64,000 nt of DNA from an uncultured virus (IMG/VR IMGVR_UViG_3300027227_000002) (IMGVR_UViG_3300027227_000002); one strand, 5' to 3'; positions 1-10,301 are shown, counted from the first letter of the stretch. A program made the numbers and translations. The notes: a model not told the origin generated them from the letters alone.

Positions 1-1582
1 CATGGTTGCCCCATCCGTAAGCAGTATCCCAGTTGGAATTGTTGTAGCCAGTAGAGCTAACGTATGTACCCGTGTCTACAGATCCATCAGACTTCAAGAA
101 ACCTGTTGTACCGCTTGTTTTAAAGCCCGTAGCGTATATGTATCCGGCTTGGTCAAACTTACCAAGCTCGTTAGTAGACTGTTTAAAGCTGATTACAGCG
201 TCTTCATCACCTTGACCGTGCTGTACGTCAGAACGTAGAGTTAAGGCTGTAGAATCGTTTATTAATGCGTCTCCACCAATGCTTCCTGACACATCAAGCT
301 TGTAAGATGGATTATTAGTCCCAATACCAACGTTGCCTGCGCTTGTGATACGCATTCTTTCTGTAGAACTTGTACCAAAAGCTAAAACACCTGTAGTTGG
401 CGATAAATCTGTAACACCACTTATACATGTTATAGCTAAATCTGCTGTAGCTCCATCTGTTAAAAAAGCAACATTACCGTCACCTCTAAGAACATTAAAA
501 CGGTAAGGAGAAGTTGTTACCGTCCCAATTCCAACGTTGCCAGAATTGTCAATTAAAACTCTATCTGAGCCATTGACACCGATAAACAGTCTTCCTGCTC
601 CACCACTAATAATGTCGGTTCTTAGATAAGCTTTTTCAGAGTATGAAGTGCCAACACCAAGCCCAATCTTAACGCCTGCACCAATGCCTCCTCCAGCGTT
701 ATAAAGTCTTAATCCTTCTACAGATGTTGTATCACTGGTTGATGTTTTAATTTCAAGCTTAACACTTGGATTTGTAGTACCAATACCTACGTTGCCATTA
801 GTATGCACACGCATACGCTCGGTCGAATTTGACTGAGTGAAAGTAATAGGAGCTGTATCTGTTACAGAAAAACCTAACTGACCTCCAGGAGCTACTTTAT
901 GTAAAGCTCTAACGCCATCATTAGCATTGATTCTAAATCCATTTAGGTATGAATATCCTTCTACATATAATGCCCAAGGTTCATTGCCATTCCATCCACC
1001 ATTCTGTTTCACGTGAAGGATAGCATCTGCGCCAGTTCCAGTTCCGTCTGTAGTTCCAGATATTTCAACAACAGAATCTGGTGTAAGAGTACCAACACCA
1101 ACGTTACCTTGAAAATAGGTGGTGTCATTAAACAAAACAGGCTCTTGAAAAGCAACAGACCCAACAGTAGAAACCTCTAACACGTTAGTAGTTCCCAAAG
1201 CTGTAGACGCAGCGAGAATAAACTTGTCAGAGTCTGAGTTGTCAATACCTATAACGTAAGACTGGGTGCTGATCTTGAACTGCATACTAGCATCGCCAGT
1301 ATTGCCGTCCTCAATAAGAAGCTTAGGGTCTGTAGTTTGGTAATCAAAGACATGGAGCTTAGCACTAGCCTCTACGCTAGCCTGATATGTTCCTACTCTT
1401 ACTCTTCCGTTATAGTATGCTGTCGTGGGGTTAGATCCAGAGGTGCTCCAAACTAAAGATACCGATGCTGCATAATCCGTACCTGCAACTGCTGCTACAA
1501 TATCACCGTTCGAATCTAGCTTTAACAGAGACCCCGTAGTGATATCGGAAAGGTTTAACCCACTTAAAAATTTTATTGCCAT
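1..1582 (-). CDS. Tail fibre protein, 3' part runs off the window edge
   Basis: Absent from the ORF track because it is open at the edge. Read manually from ATG at 1582: MAIKFLSGLNLSD... with repeated ERMR..GNVGIGT.NP..KL units and NNSNWDTAYGWGNH, typical of Bacteroidota phage fibres. Confidence 0.8.
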   Translation of the reverse strand, partial: MAIKFLSGLNLSDITTGSLLKLDSNGDIVAAVAGTDYAASVSLVWSTSGSNPTTAYYNGRVRVGTYQASVEASAKLHVFDYQTTDPKLLIEDGNTGDASMQFKISTQSYVIGIDNSDSDKFILAASTALGTTNVLEVSTVGSVAFQEPVLFNDTTYFQGNVGVGTLTPDSVVEISGTTDGTGTGADAILHVKQNGGWNGNEPWALYVEGYSYLNGFRINANDGVRALHKVAPGGQLGFSVTDTAPITFTQSNSTERMRVHTNGNVGIGTTNPSVKLEIKTSTSDTTSVEGLRLYNAGGGIGAGVKIGLGVGTSYSEKAYLRTDIISGGAGRLFIGVNGSDRVLIDNSGNVGIGTVTTSPYRFNVLRGDGNVAFLTDGATADLAITCISGVTDLSPTTGVLAFGTSSTERMRITSAGNVGIGTNNPSYKLDVSGSIGGDALINDSTALTLRSDVQHGQGDEDAVISFKQSTNELGKFDQAGYIYATGFKTSGTTGFLKSDGSVDTGTYVSSTGYNNSNWDTAYGWGNH

Positions 1583-1613
1583 GCCTGTACAGTATAGATA
1601 CTAGCAAAAATAC

Positions 1614-1650
1614 AAAAAAAGAAGGGGCTGATCTCAGACCAACCCCCTCT
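1614..1650 (-). terminator. Intrinsic terminator
   Basis: On the minus strand, hairpin GGGGTTGGTC-TGA-GATCAGCCCC followed by a T run, downstream of the 430-aa gene. A TATTTTTG promoter box (1605-1612) follows directly. Confidence 0.65.
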
Positions 1651-1671
1651 CTATTAAGCGTCTATTTGGCA

Positions 1672-2964
1672 TTAAGCAGACGCGTTAGCGTTGTCCAAAT
1701 TGCCAACCAAAGAAGTCATACAGATAAAAGCGCCCTCGGTAACACTCTGACCGAATGCAATCGTTACAGTGTCAACGGTAGGACGAGCAACCTCTACAAA
1801 CACAGTTTCGTAGTTAGTAGCACCTACAATCTCAACGCGAACCAACTTAGAGTTAAGACCGTGGGTTACGGTATACGTGTTACCAGTTTTCGTTACGTTA
1901 TCTCTGTTTACAGAATCGAGAAGGATTGAGTGGTTACCAACGCCAATAGCAGCAGCTACATCCGTAAGACGTGCCTTCCGGATACCATCGTTAACGTTAC
2001 TACCGGGCATCAATACGAAGTTCGTATTTACAGGGGCTGCATTTTGATCAATTGTATCAATAATCAACTCACCACCTACGCGCCATGCGTCATATGTCTC
2101 GTCCCAAATGAACGTCTTATCAGCAGCACTACCACGGTTTATGGTAATACCAGCATTCTCGGTGGGAGTGGTAGCTGCGCTAAGGTTGGAGTTAAGCTCA
2201 ATGATGTTATCAGCAAGAGCAATGGTCTCCGTGTTGATCGTAGTTACCGTACCATTTACGGTAAGGTTCTGATCGATAACAACAGATCCACCAAACGTGA
2301 TCGTTTCATTTTCAGACTGATCTACGGTTCTTACGATATCTGGTTGCTCAAGCTTATCAGCACCCCACATAAGGAGCGTGTACTGAACAAGGTTGTCGGC
2401 GTTATCAAGGGCAAGTTGGTTAGATGCAAAAGCAAGACCGCCACCGCTGTAGAGGTCAATAGCAATAGTGCTACTGCTACCCAAAGATGTTGCGCCAGCA
2501 GTGGTGGTAATACCGTCACCCCCAGTAAGAGTAATAGAGGAGTTGGTAAGACTGGCGTTGGGAATAGAAGCAAGCTTCAGGGCTGTGCCATCAATGGTGA
2601 TACCCGTTGATGTAGTAGGAACTAAGTAAGCAGTAGTAGTTGCGGATGTGTCGTAGAAGAAAATCGAATCGCTCTCTGGTGCGCCAAGGTTTTGAATACC
2701 AAGGTGGCTAAGGGCAATCGTAGCATCGCCACCAGAACCGTCAGTTACTGCAATACCAGTGCCCGCACTGATGGAGCGAATATCACCAGTTACGTCGATC
2801 CACGTAGTGTTGTCCCATACGTAGAGCTTCTTATTCCCAGCCGTTGTGTTGAAGTAAACCTGACCCTCGACCGGATTTGCAGGGGCAGAACTTGTTGGGT
2901 GTAAAGCAGCGTTCTGGAGCTGGTTACCCCCTAGGTTAATACTGCTTTTAAAATCGATAGCCAT
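1672..2964 (-). CDS. Tail fibre or virion structural protein (430 aa)
   Basis: T/S/G/A-rich. Contains NLTVNGTVTTINTETIALADNIIELN...AGITINRG...WDET, a phage fibre motif, and a C-terminal THGLNS domain. Confidence 0.7.
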   Translation of the reverse strand: MAIDFKSSINLGGNQLQNAALHPTSSAPANPVEGQVYFNTTAGNKKLYVWDNTTWIDVTGDIRSISAGTGIAVTDGSGGDATIALSHLGIQNLGAPESDSIFFYDTSATTTAYLVPTTSTGITIDGTALKLASIPNASLTNSSITLTGGDGITTTAGATSLGSSSTIAIDLYSGGGLAFASNQLALDNADNLVQYTLLMWGADKLEQPDIVRTVDQSENETITFGGSVVIDQNLTVNGTVTTINTETIALADNIIELNSNLSAATTPTENAGITINRGSAADKTFIWDETYDAWRVGGELIIDTIDQNAAPVNTNFVLMPGSNVNDGIRKARLTDVAAAIGVGNHSILLDSVNRDNVTKTGNTYTVTHGLNSKLVRVEIVGATNYETVFVEVARPTVDTVTIAFGQSVTEGAFICMTSLVGNLDNANASA

Positions 2965-2984
2965 GTTCTTTCTTTTTTTTAGTT

Positions 2985-3308
2985 TTAGTTCATATATGCT
3001 TTTCCGCTGGTTGCTCCGTTAAAACGGATCTCCAAAGTGTTAATGCTCAGGTATTGGACTTCAGTATAAATGACATTATTACCAGAGTCAATAACCATCA
3101 CCGATGGGTATTTATTTAAATTATGTTCTACAGTCCACGTTTCAGAGTTTTCGTTCTGTGCGTGCACATAGTGTGCGTCTGATGCTCCGCCAATTACCCC
3201 CGTTACGGATACATTGACAGAAGGCTGAGATATAGTAGCTGTTTGGACTTGAGTTTGTACTCCGCCAATCGTGATGCTATCACCTGAATTAACTTCGATA
3301 TTACTCAC
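2985..3308 (-). CDS. Small tail-associated hypothetical protein
   Basis: 107-aa ORF with W.V.HNLNKYPSV.V.D motif, between structural genes. Confidence 0.6.
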   Translation of the reverse strand: MSNIEVNSGDSITIGGVQTQVQTATISQPSVNVSVTGVIGGASDAHYVHAQNENSETWTVEHNLNKYPSVMVIDSGNNVIYTEVQYLSINTLEIRFNGATSGKAYMN

Positions 3309-3663
3309 TTACGTCCTCATTAACCTTAAACAACCCATACACCCACGTCTTGACAACTCCTACGCTGTTAGACTGTAAATCATATACATAAAGACCTCCG
3401 GGGACACCAGACATCGTAGTTGCGCTTGCTGTAATAGTAAGCTTACCTCCTGCTGTCCCAGTGTAGGAAAAGTCAGCATCTCCAATAATGTCACCAGAAG
3501 ATGTGTCTGTTTCTTTGACATCCATCTTCCAAGTATATCCAGATGACAAATCAATAGCCGCTCCAGCATTATCAGTAAAGGTCAGCTCAAGAGTAAAAGT
3601 ATCACCGCGTCTGCATGTGATATCTACCCTTGTTGATGCGTCTAAATTTATACTTGTCGCCAT
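3301..3663 (-). CDS. Tail or baseplate-associated beta-sandwich protein
   Basis: 120 aa with RGDTF...G.YVYDLQ pattern common upstream of fibre genes. Confidence 0.55.
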   Translation of the reverse strand: MATSINLDASTRVDITCRRGDTFTLELTFTDNAGAAIDLSSGYTWKMDVKETDTSSGDIIGDADFSYTGTAGGKLTITASATTMSGVPGGLYVYDLQSNSVGVVKTWVYGLFKVNEDVSE

Positions 3664-3667
3664 ATTG

Positions 3668-3675
3668 CAAATATA
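3668..3675 (-). promoter_or_regulatory. Bacteroidota -7 promoter box TATATTTG, probably giving a leaderless transcript
   Basis: Matches TAnnTTTG and lies 4 nt before the ATG at 3663. Confidence 0.65.
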
Positions 3676-3680
3676 CTAAA

Positions 3681-6113
3681 TCATTGATTGCCAAGAATTT
3701 GCGAGAGAACATCTACGTCCTCAGCCAGTTCTCCACGACTGCCCTGACGTTGTGATATTAACTTGCTTTGCTCCACGGCTTGTTTCTTAACTCTGTCGTC
3801 CTTAGCTCGCTCTCGGCTTCCCTCGACTTCGCGTTGAAAACCATACTGCTTTTCTAAATTCATCTCTCTGGATTGACCCTGTAATTTCTCGAGCTCCATC
3901 TTCAACTGATATTCTAGTTGTAGCAGTTGGGCTTTTGCCTGTGATTCCAGTTGGATTTTCTGAGCTGCCAGTTGAGCCATTGCTTGTTGCTTTTGCATCT
4001 CCAGCTGGGCGGTAACCTGTGCCGTCTGCTGGTTGGCTTGAGCCTGCATCTGAGAGTTCTGTGCAGCAAGATCTTGGCGCTGTTTGATTCTCTTCTTACG
4101 GCGAACTATCAGCAGCTGCTCAGCTTGATCCACATCGTGAAGTCTACGGATCGCCATAGCGTCCTCAAGATCCAGCTCTCCCTGAGCTAGAGACTGTTGA
4201 ATATTTTGCTCCAGATACATCTTGTCCTCTTCGTTCATTCCGGTTACCACGCGAACCCCAAAATTGAAGAGCGGTAGGTTGTTGAATGAAGAAAGAACGG
4301 ACATGTTGGTCTCACCAACAGCCTTCTCGTAGACGCGATATAATACGCTTTGCTTGGGAAGGATCTGTAAACACTTGACGATGTCATCACACACGCGGCG
4401 ATAAAGAACCTGCGATGCGTGAGTAATGTCATAAATAGCGTTATTAGACGCTTGGATTGCCTGCTGGCGAACGCCTACCAGAGCCTCGCTCTTGGGTGTT
4501 GACCCATCAACCACCTCGTTGAGACCCGTAGTGTCACGGATCATATTTAGGTATTGATTGTACAGACCAATAAGCTCTTGAATGTTTCTGATTTGGTTTC
4601 CGATCTCGCGAACTGGGGGATTCTGAAATCCTCCCTCTGGGTTCTTGGATCTGTAATAGAAGACACCCGTCTGTTCGTAGATGTCCTGAATTTCCAGTGG
4701 CTGAAGCTCTCCACCTCGTCCAAGCTGTACGTTCTCCAGACCCTCAATGTCAATGATCAATCCATCAGGCTTAGCTTTAGCAATAGACTGCTGAAGCTTG
4801 AGGTGAGCCAGTTGCATCATGTCCGCATATTGGGTGATGCTGGAGACCATGCTCTTGGGCATCATTCTGCGGATGTTTGTAGCCACGACCGAGTAGCTCA
4901 TTCGAGTTCTCGTGATGTCATGGATGTTTCTAGGGAGGTTCTTCTTTAAGCCGTAATCAAAAAGGTATTTTGTTCCGACCACATACTTTCCGCCGTAGAC
5001 GGTTGCATGTTCCATCTTGCGAGACTTGCGCTCGTAAACAGATCCAGAAGGAGGGGTAAACTCTTCGTGACCTTTGTAGTAGAACCCTGTATTTCCAAAT
5101 CTGGACTGCTTTTCCTCAAAGTACAGGCAGTCAACAGACATAAACTCAAAGTCTAGAACCTCGACCACATACTCGTCATATCCGAAGACCGTCTTTTGGA
5201 GGGTCTTGTCGTAATAGCTGGTATTATACTTAGTGGGGTCGTTGGTGTATCTTGTCTGTACCTGACGAGCCATCTCTTCATATTGCTCTTCCTCGAACTG
5301 ACCGCGAGTGATACGCTTGAGCTCTTCGATTGTCATGCGCTGGATGTGGCCAGCGTACTTGAGGTCTGACATTGTAGGGTCTTCCGTCTGTGAGTGCACG
5401 AAGTATTCTGGGTCAACGTACTTGGTTGCGATGCCATAGTTGGGATCATTATCCCGCTTCACTACAGCCATTCCCAAAGTAACGAGATCCTCTACGGCTC
5501 TACGGTAGATCTTATCGTTAAAGTCGTTCCATTCAAGGGTCAGATTTGTTGCAATCTGTGCGGCAATCTCGGACGCTACCTTGATGTTGGTCTCCAAGAA
5601 GATCTCTGCCTCCTCGGGGCTTTCGGGTAGCTCTTCAATGGCAATGCCGGGATCAAGCCCAGCACCGCGAAGGGATTCAAAGAATTCTCTGTTCTCTACA
5701 CCCGCCTTGACGGTAGCTTTTTTCTTCTCTTTCTCTGTTAAGGAAAGGGGGTCTACTGCTTCAAGATTTGGGTATGGTTTTCTAGAGAGGATTTTGTTTA
5801 CTACGATCTTAACGAACTTAGGAATAATTGGAACTGGAGACCAGTCAATATTCAAAAGAGTTCCATCTCCATTGTTAGGATCGAGTGAGTTAAGTACTTG
5901 CTTGTACTTAGAAGTATCTTGTGTTCCGTTGGCATAGTCCCTGTTCGTATTGAATTCCTTCATTCTACGGTTATACAGGGAACTAGATTCATTCGCAGAC
6001 CCCCATTGTGCCATAATGGACTTAGCGTACTTCAAGCCGTAACCTTTGGACGACTTCTCCATGAAGCTTGCTAACGGATCTGGAAAGTTTCCGTAGTTCT
6101 TTGTGCTTGACAT
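3681..6113 (-). CDS. Portal protein (segment A)
   Basis: 810 aa, directly downstream of the terminase, Q-rich coiled-coil C-terminus, colinear homolog of 54501-56936. Confidence 0.85.
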   Translation of the reverse strand: MSSTKNYGNFPDPLASFMEKSSKGYGLKYAKSIMAQWGSANESSSLYNRRMKEFNTNRDYANGTQDTSKYKQVLNSLDPNNGDGTLLNIDWSPVPIIPKFVKIVVNKILSRKPYPNLEAVDPLSLTEKEKKKATVKAGVENREFFESLRGAGLDPGIAIEELPESPEEAEIFLETNIKVASEIAAQIATNLTLEWNDFNDKIYRRAVEDLVTLGMAVVKRDNDPNYGIATKYVDPEYFVHSQTEDPTMSDLKYAGHIQRMTIEELKRITRGQFEEEQYEEMARQVQTRYTNDPTKYNTSYYDKTLQKTVFGYDEYVVEVLDFEFMSVDCLYFEEKQSRFGNTGFYYKGHEEFTPPSGSVYERKSRKMEHATVYGGKYVVGTKYLFDYGLKKNLPRNIHDITRTRMSYSVVATNIRRMMPKSMVSSITQYADMMQLAHLKLQQSIAKAKPDGLIIDIEGLENVQLGRGGELQPLEIQDIYEQTGVFYYRSKNPEGGFQNPPVREIGNQIRNIQELIGLYNQYLNMIRDTTGLNEVVDGSTPKSEALVGVRQQAIQASNNAIYDITHASQVLYRRVCDDIVKCLQILPKQSVLYRVYEKAVGETNMSVLSSFNNLPLFNFGVRVVTGMNEEDKMYLEQNIQQSLAQGELDLEDAMAIRRLHDVDQAEQLLIVRRKKRIKQRQDLAAQNSQMQAQANQQTAQVTAQLEMQKQQAMAQLAAQKIQLESQAKAQLLQLEYQLKMELEKLQGQSREMNLEKQYGFQREVEGSRERAKDDRVKKQAVEQSKLISQRQGSRGELAEDVDVLSQILGNQ

Positions 6114-6145
6114 ACTATTTCTATTCAGGTAAGCCTACTTTTATG

Positions 6146-6153
6146 CAAATATA
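6146..6153 (-). promoter_or_regulatory. Bacteroidota -7 promoter box TATATTTG
   Basis: TAnnTTTG in the terminase-portal gap, with the same TTTAGTATATTTGCA context as 3668-3675. Confidence 0.6.
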
Positions 6154-6176
6154 CTAAATACCTGTGTGCCAAATAT

Positions 6177-8303
6177 TTACCACCCTGTGTGCTTATACCT
6201 GCGGAAGAAGACCTTATTAGACAAATCTTGCTTTTTAACTTCCTTCGTTATTTTTTGTGCCGCCAGAAGCGCAAGACCAGAAGAGATGGTCATATCGAAC
6301 TTTGTTCGATCGTCGATATTATACCCAATCCAGTCTTCTAGCGTTCTGTTAAAATACATCCGACCGAAATTTCCAGTCTTTATATTCATCCCCACGTGCT
6401 CGTGAACATATGCCTCAATTGCCTGAGCGTGAGACTGGATGACATCTTTACTGTTCGATGGAATACCCTTTGTCTTTACGTTTGTAGAAGATCCCGGGGG
6501 CGTGAGGTGTTCGGGTCTATCCATGACATACCCATCGTATCCTCTTGACTCAAAGTATCTTACGATTCCGTATTTGTTGTTTTCTATTAGCAACGGATAC
6601 CCATAGAATACTGCTGCCATAAGAATGTCCTCATAGAATATACGCGCCAGTGGGGGACGCTCGGCGTACTCCGCTACAAACATATTCGACGGGAAGTTCA
6701 TGTTGAATTTATTAAAAAAATGACAAGCCCCTTTTGATCCAGAACCAGTTGTTGTTTTGTCGATATCGTAGCTATCCACGCCGCCTACGCCGTACATTTC
6801 GTTGCCCGGATGAACCTTTCCATAGCGTGTTTCCCGCTTGTTTCTAAACTCTTCCGGTGGCATCCATGACACGCGCCACTTCCCATTGGGATCTGGAGAC
6901 CAGATCACTCTAGAGTCCGCCAATCCACCCTCCCAAACGAAGTTGCCACGAACCACTGGGCTGGGGTATATCTCGTCATTGTGCTGGATTTGCTCATATA
7001 TCTTGGCGATATTGAAATGAGATGCCTTGGTAGAGTCCCGAAAAGCCTCATCTTCGGAGAACGGGAACTGTCGAATAACTTCATTGAGCTCATAGGGGTC
7101 GGCTAGCAGTGCTTTTCTCTCATTTTGGAGGTATGTTTTTGCTCCATAGTGAATTAGCTCTCCCTCGAGACCGTCTACGGCAAACTCGGGGTCTTCAATT
7201 ACTGGAAGTCCGTGTTTATCGAAAAACCCCTCCAAAGCTTCGTATGCTGGGATGAATATCTTGTATAAACCGCTTTTTGTACGCCCGTTATTGTTCCTTT
7301 CTTGTGGATCTGATGAGTAATATAGCTTTTTAAACTCTGCGCCACCCCGGTCTAGGGGGTTGACAGTTGATCCGACTAGGGCTTTTCCGATAACTTTCCG
7401 ACCAACGATCAAACAAGTGCGGTGAATACGCCAAACGTCCTGAATATCCAGTGGTCTTTCCCATTTTCCAGCCTCGTCAAGGTACAGCATGTGGAGTTTT
7501 TCCCCGTCATAGGCGTTGGTAGTGGTGTTTTTCCAGTTAATTAGAGTGTCTAGCGCCTCTCCCTTGTTGGAGGTTTTGTTTTTTTTGGTGATTCGCTTGG
7601 ATGGCTCTCTAAAAGCGAGCTCCATACGCGGATTTGTCGTACCGTCTTGGATGGGTTTAAAGAAAAACGGGTAAGATTTAAATACCGGGACGACTTTTTT
7701 CATGAAGATGTTCTCCTGAGCGTCTTTACCCGTCTTTGACATGATACCCAGAAGCTTGTCTTTCACCTGTGTGCCCTCATCTACCTCAATACAGGCGCTC
7801 ATGTTGGTATATCCCGAGCGTCTACACTTGGTGTAGATCTGCCCGAGGCATCGGGGATCGGCTTCGCAGGCAGCGAAGTGAATGAAAAGCTTCCTCTGGA
7901 AGTCAAGAAATGACGGATATCCAATATCTATCTTGCTCCACTGGAGCATCATATAATGTCGTCCGGTAATATACGTAGGAACACCTTTATTGAAAAACCA
8001 AACCCCTTCACGCCGACGTTTAAACTCTTTCTCGATATATGAAACATATTTTTGACGGAATTCTCTAGGGCTTTCTGCCCACTCATCCATTGAGCGAATA
8101 GAATCAAGTTCTTTCGGCATAGGTGTTCTTTGCCAGTGTTGATCAGATTCTTCTTTCCCGTTAAATAGTATCTCAGAATCTTCGGGTAATTCGGGTAATT
8201 GAATAAATACGCCGGAGATTTCGATGCTCTCACCTTGAGTACCATTGGGGCAAATGTTGACCACTTCCTCTTCATAGTCCTTATGTTTTATAAGTCCTGC
8301 CAT
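6177..8303 (-). CDS. terL: Terminase large subunit (segment A)
   Basis: 708 aa. Walker A-like KCRRSGYT, Walker B LYLDEAGKW, coupling motif GST, nuclease motifs GGVDSYD, IENN and FDMTISSGLA. Confidence 0.9.
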   Translation of the reverse strand: MAGLIKHKDYEEEVVNICPNGTQGESIEISGVFIQLPELPEDSEILFNGKEESDQHWQRTPMPKELDSIRSMDEWAESPREFRQKYVSYIEKEFKRRREGVWFFNKGVPTYITGRHYMMLQWSKIDIGYPSFLDFQRKLFIHFAACEADPRCLGQIYTKCRRSGYTNMSACIEVDEGTQVKDKLLGIMSKTGKDAQENIFMKKVVPVFKSYPFFFKPIQDGTTNPRMELAFREPSKRITKKNKTSNKGEALDTLINWKNTTTNAYDGEKLHMLYLDEAGKWERPLDIQDVWRIHRTCLIVGRKVIGKALVGSTVNPLDRGGAEFKKLYYSSDPQERNNNGRTKSGLYKIFIPAYEALEGFFDKHGLPVIEDPEFAVDGLEGELIHYGAKTYLQNERKALLADPYELNEVIRQFPFSEDEAFRDSTKASHFNIAKIYEQIQHNDEIYPSPVVRGNFVWEGGLADSRVIWSPDPNGKWRVSWMPPEEFRNKRETRYGKVHPGNEMYGVGGVDSYDIDKTTTGSGSKGACHFFNKFNMNFPSNMFVAEYAERPPLARIFYEDILMAAVFYGYPLLIENNKYGIVRYFESRGYDGYVMDRPEHLTPPGSSTNVKTKGIPSNSKDVIQSHAQAIEAYVHEHVGMNIKTGNFGRMYFNRTLEDWIGYNIDDRTKFDMTISSGLALLAAQKITKEVKKQDLSNKVFFRRYKHTGW

Positions 8304-8596
8304 TATTTGCTATATTTCTCAGCAAACCCCCCAGAGTAATCGGACTGCTCGCTGATTCCGCCACTATCTTTGAGAGATCTAATCATCTCTTCAAGCCTCT
8401 GTCTTTCCTGCAACAGCTCTCTAGCGTCGGTAGCAGTCTGTTTTATGGACTGTAGTTCTGCCTTGCGTTGCGAGCCGTTCAGGTCAGCGTCTACAGGCTT
8501 CTTGATCTCCTCGATCATGTTGTTGATGGCTATTTCCATAGCCCCCATCAGCCTCATCGCTGCGTCTAATGATGTAAAGTTATTATTTTTTGCCAT
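8303..8596 (-). CDS. Putative terminase small subunit
   Basis: 97-aa helical protein coupled to terL. It ends GGFAEK, like the GGFAER of 59161-59433. The function is inferred from position only. Confidence 0.5.
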   Translation of the reverse strand: MAKNNNFTSLDAAMRLMGAMEIAINNMIEEIKKPVDADLNGSQRKAELQSIKQTATDARELLQERQRLEEMIRSLKDSGGISEQSDYSGGFAEKYSK

Positions 8597-9164
8597 GATC
8601 TACGTATAACAGGTCATCAATACGCATTCTCCACACTTTCTTTCCGTCTACCTCCATTGTGTAGTCTGAGCTTTTGGAGAAGTAGACCACGTCCCCGGCA
8701 TATGCCCCCGCTTCGTTGATGGGCTTGCTATCGTATATAATCTCTCCGTGGTCTTCTACCTTTTCTTTCTCCAGAAGTATTATTCCTGACGCGGTTTTTT
8801 TCTCGTCATCTTCTTCAGGAGGTTTAACGAATACCCAATCAGATAGCATAGCCACCCCGCCAGAAGGAGATTGAAAAGCGTATGCGTGAGATCCATATCC
8901 TCCATCAGGGTCGTATTGTACCATGTAGAGGTCGTCTTGGAAGTGGAACTTAGACTCAACGCAAACGTGATGGTGGAAATACAGGATATCACCAACACTT
9001 GCGCCAGTGTCGTACTTAGCCGGGACTGAAACGATTTCGCCATAATTGTATCTGTTTTCAAATTCATTGAACTTAGAAGCCAGATACAGCTCCGTGCCGT
9101 TTACTTCTACAGTGTCTTTGAATTTCTTAGGTAGGCGAACAATAAAGAATTGGAGTGCTCTCAT
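8583..9164 (-). CDS. GroES-like co-chaperonin with two tandem domains
   Basis: LSDWVFVKP...KKTASGIIL...GDVVYFSKSSDYTMEVDGKK...DDLL is GroES-like. The N-terminal half has a second VGD.LYF unit. Confidence 0.75.
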   Translation of the reverse strand: MRALQFFIVRLPKKFKDTVEVNGTELYLASKFNEFENRYNYGEIVSVPAKYDTGASVGDILYFHHHVCVESKFHFQDDLYMVQYDPDGGYGSHAYAFQSPSGGVAMLSDWVFVKPPEEDDEKKTASGIILLEKEKVEDHGEIIYDSKPINEAGAYAGDVVYFSKSSDYTMEVDGKKVWRMRIDDLLYVDHGKK

Positions 9165-9165
9165 A

Positions 9166-9402
9166 TTAAAAGTTGAGATCGTACTCCACGATAACGGGCA
9201 TCCCCTGTATTTCCTTCCACATCATCGTTCCCTCGTTAGGCTGCTCGATGTAGATACAGTATGATATAATTCCGTTCTTGTGGTACGCTCTCTCATTAAA
9301 TTCAATTACCACTACTTTACCTTCGCCAACGCGCATACCAGTGTAGTATGCCATAGCGTCCTTCGGGTTTTGCCCGATGATGATTTTTCTAATTAGATTC
9401 AT
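9166..9402 (-). CDS. Conserved phage hypothetical protein
   Basis: 78 aa, homolog of 60097-60321 (IRK..G....AM.Y...WKE...MP...EY..NF). Confidence 0.75.
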   Translation of the reverse strand: MNLIRKIIIGQNPKDAMAYYTGMRVGEGKVVVIEFNERAYHKNGIISYCIYIEQPNEGTMMWKEIQGMPVIVEYDLNF

Positions 9403-9403
9403 T

Positions 9404-9709
9404 TTAGTTTATTGATCCGTTGCCGAATTTCTTCTCCCACCATTCAATTGTCCCCTCGGGCGGTTCTCTATGCTCTTCCTCCATCTCCGCAGCGTCAAGC
9501 AGAAAGGTAACCAACTGCTCTACATCTTCGTAGCATGGTGAACTCATAGCAAAGGCGATGTCGTATCTATCGTCTTCGTCCTCGGTAAGGTGAGATACAC
9601 CGGCAACCATAGCAACCTCGTCCTCGAGCTCGTAGTGATCTATAAGCTTCTTCATTTCTGAAGCCAGCTCAACAAATTCACGCATGAACATTTCGAGTCT
9701 TGATGCCAT
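9404..9709 (-). CDS. Acidic hypothetical protein
   Basis: ORF track gives 9404-9745. Start moved to MASRLE at 9709 because a TAAATTTG box lies at 9733-9740. Confidence 0.6.
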   Translation of the reverse strand: MASRLEMFMREFVELASEMKKLIDHYELEDEVAMVAGVSHLTEDEDDRYDIAFAMSSPCYEDVEQLVTFLLDAAEMEEEHREPPEGTIEWWEKKFGNGSIN

Positions 9710-9748
9710 ATTTATTAGTATTTTAGTTTCTTCAAATTTAATCATTTA

Positions 9749-10189
9749 ATGAAGTCGAAAAAAACGACTACCCGCAAGATGCGGGAATTTAATAAACTGC
9801 GTAAATACGAGTATAGCACTGACCGTAACTACCTGAAGCAGTTAGACTTAGCCATCAAGAAGATGAATGAGGATCATGGTATTCCACAATCGTGGTTGGT
9901 TATCATGCTGTACGTATACGACCTAGAATTCTGGACGGCGGCACATGTCGCAAAAGAGATGCACCGCAGTGAACGAGTCCTAAAGGTCAAGTTCATCTAC
10001 CCATGCATGAAGGAAGATCTGGTCTATAAGCACTTCGACAAGCTCAGTCCCGGAAATATGACCATAGAGCAACAACTGTTCTATGATGAGAACAAGTACA
10101 ACTACCGAATCCGGTATGCCCTGACGCAACGCGCCCGGCTTTTAGTGCAGCGCTTCTACAGATTAGTAGAGGGCAAGGAGTTTACTTAG
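9749..10189 (+). CDS. Hypothetical protein, possible winged-helix fold
   Basis: 146-aa ORF divergent from the packaging operon. The YALTQRARLLVQRFY C-terminus resembles MarR-type wings. Confidence 0.6.
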   Translation: MKSKKTTTRKMREFNKLRKYEYSTDRNYLKQLDLAIKKMNEDHGIPQSWLVIMLYVYDLEFWTAAHVAKEMHRSERVLKVKFIYPCMKEDLVYKHFDKLSPGNMTIEQQLFYDENKYNYRIRYALTQRARLLVQRFYRLVEGKEFT

Positions 10190-10301
10190 TGTGGGAGTAC
10201 CCCTGCTTCTTGAGCTTCATGTGATCCTCCACGGTTTTAGCCATTACTGACTTACCACCCTTATGCATCATATGCGGTTTGAATTTCTTATTGATCTTCA
10301 T
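10182..10301 (-). CDS. Small basic hypothetical protein (39 aa)
   Basis: Manual translation MKINKKFKPHMMHKGGKSVMAKTVEDHMKLKKQGYSHTK, with an ATGA overlap with the upstream gene. Confidence 0.55.
   Translation of the reverse strand: MKINKKFKPHMMHKGGKSVMAKTVEDHMKLKKQGYSHTK

Noticed and set aside
1851..1860. GGTCTTAACT on the minus strand as another ribozyme target
   Set aside because: It lies inside coding sequence (GLN codons) with no adjacent hairpin or start codon, so a chance match is plausible.
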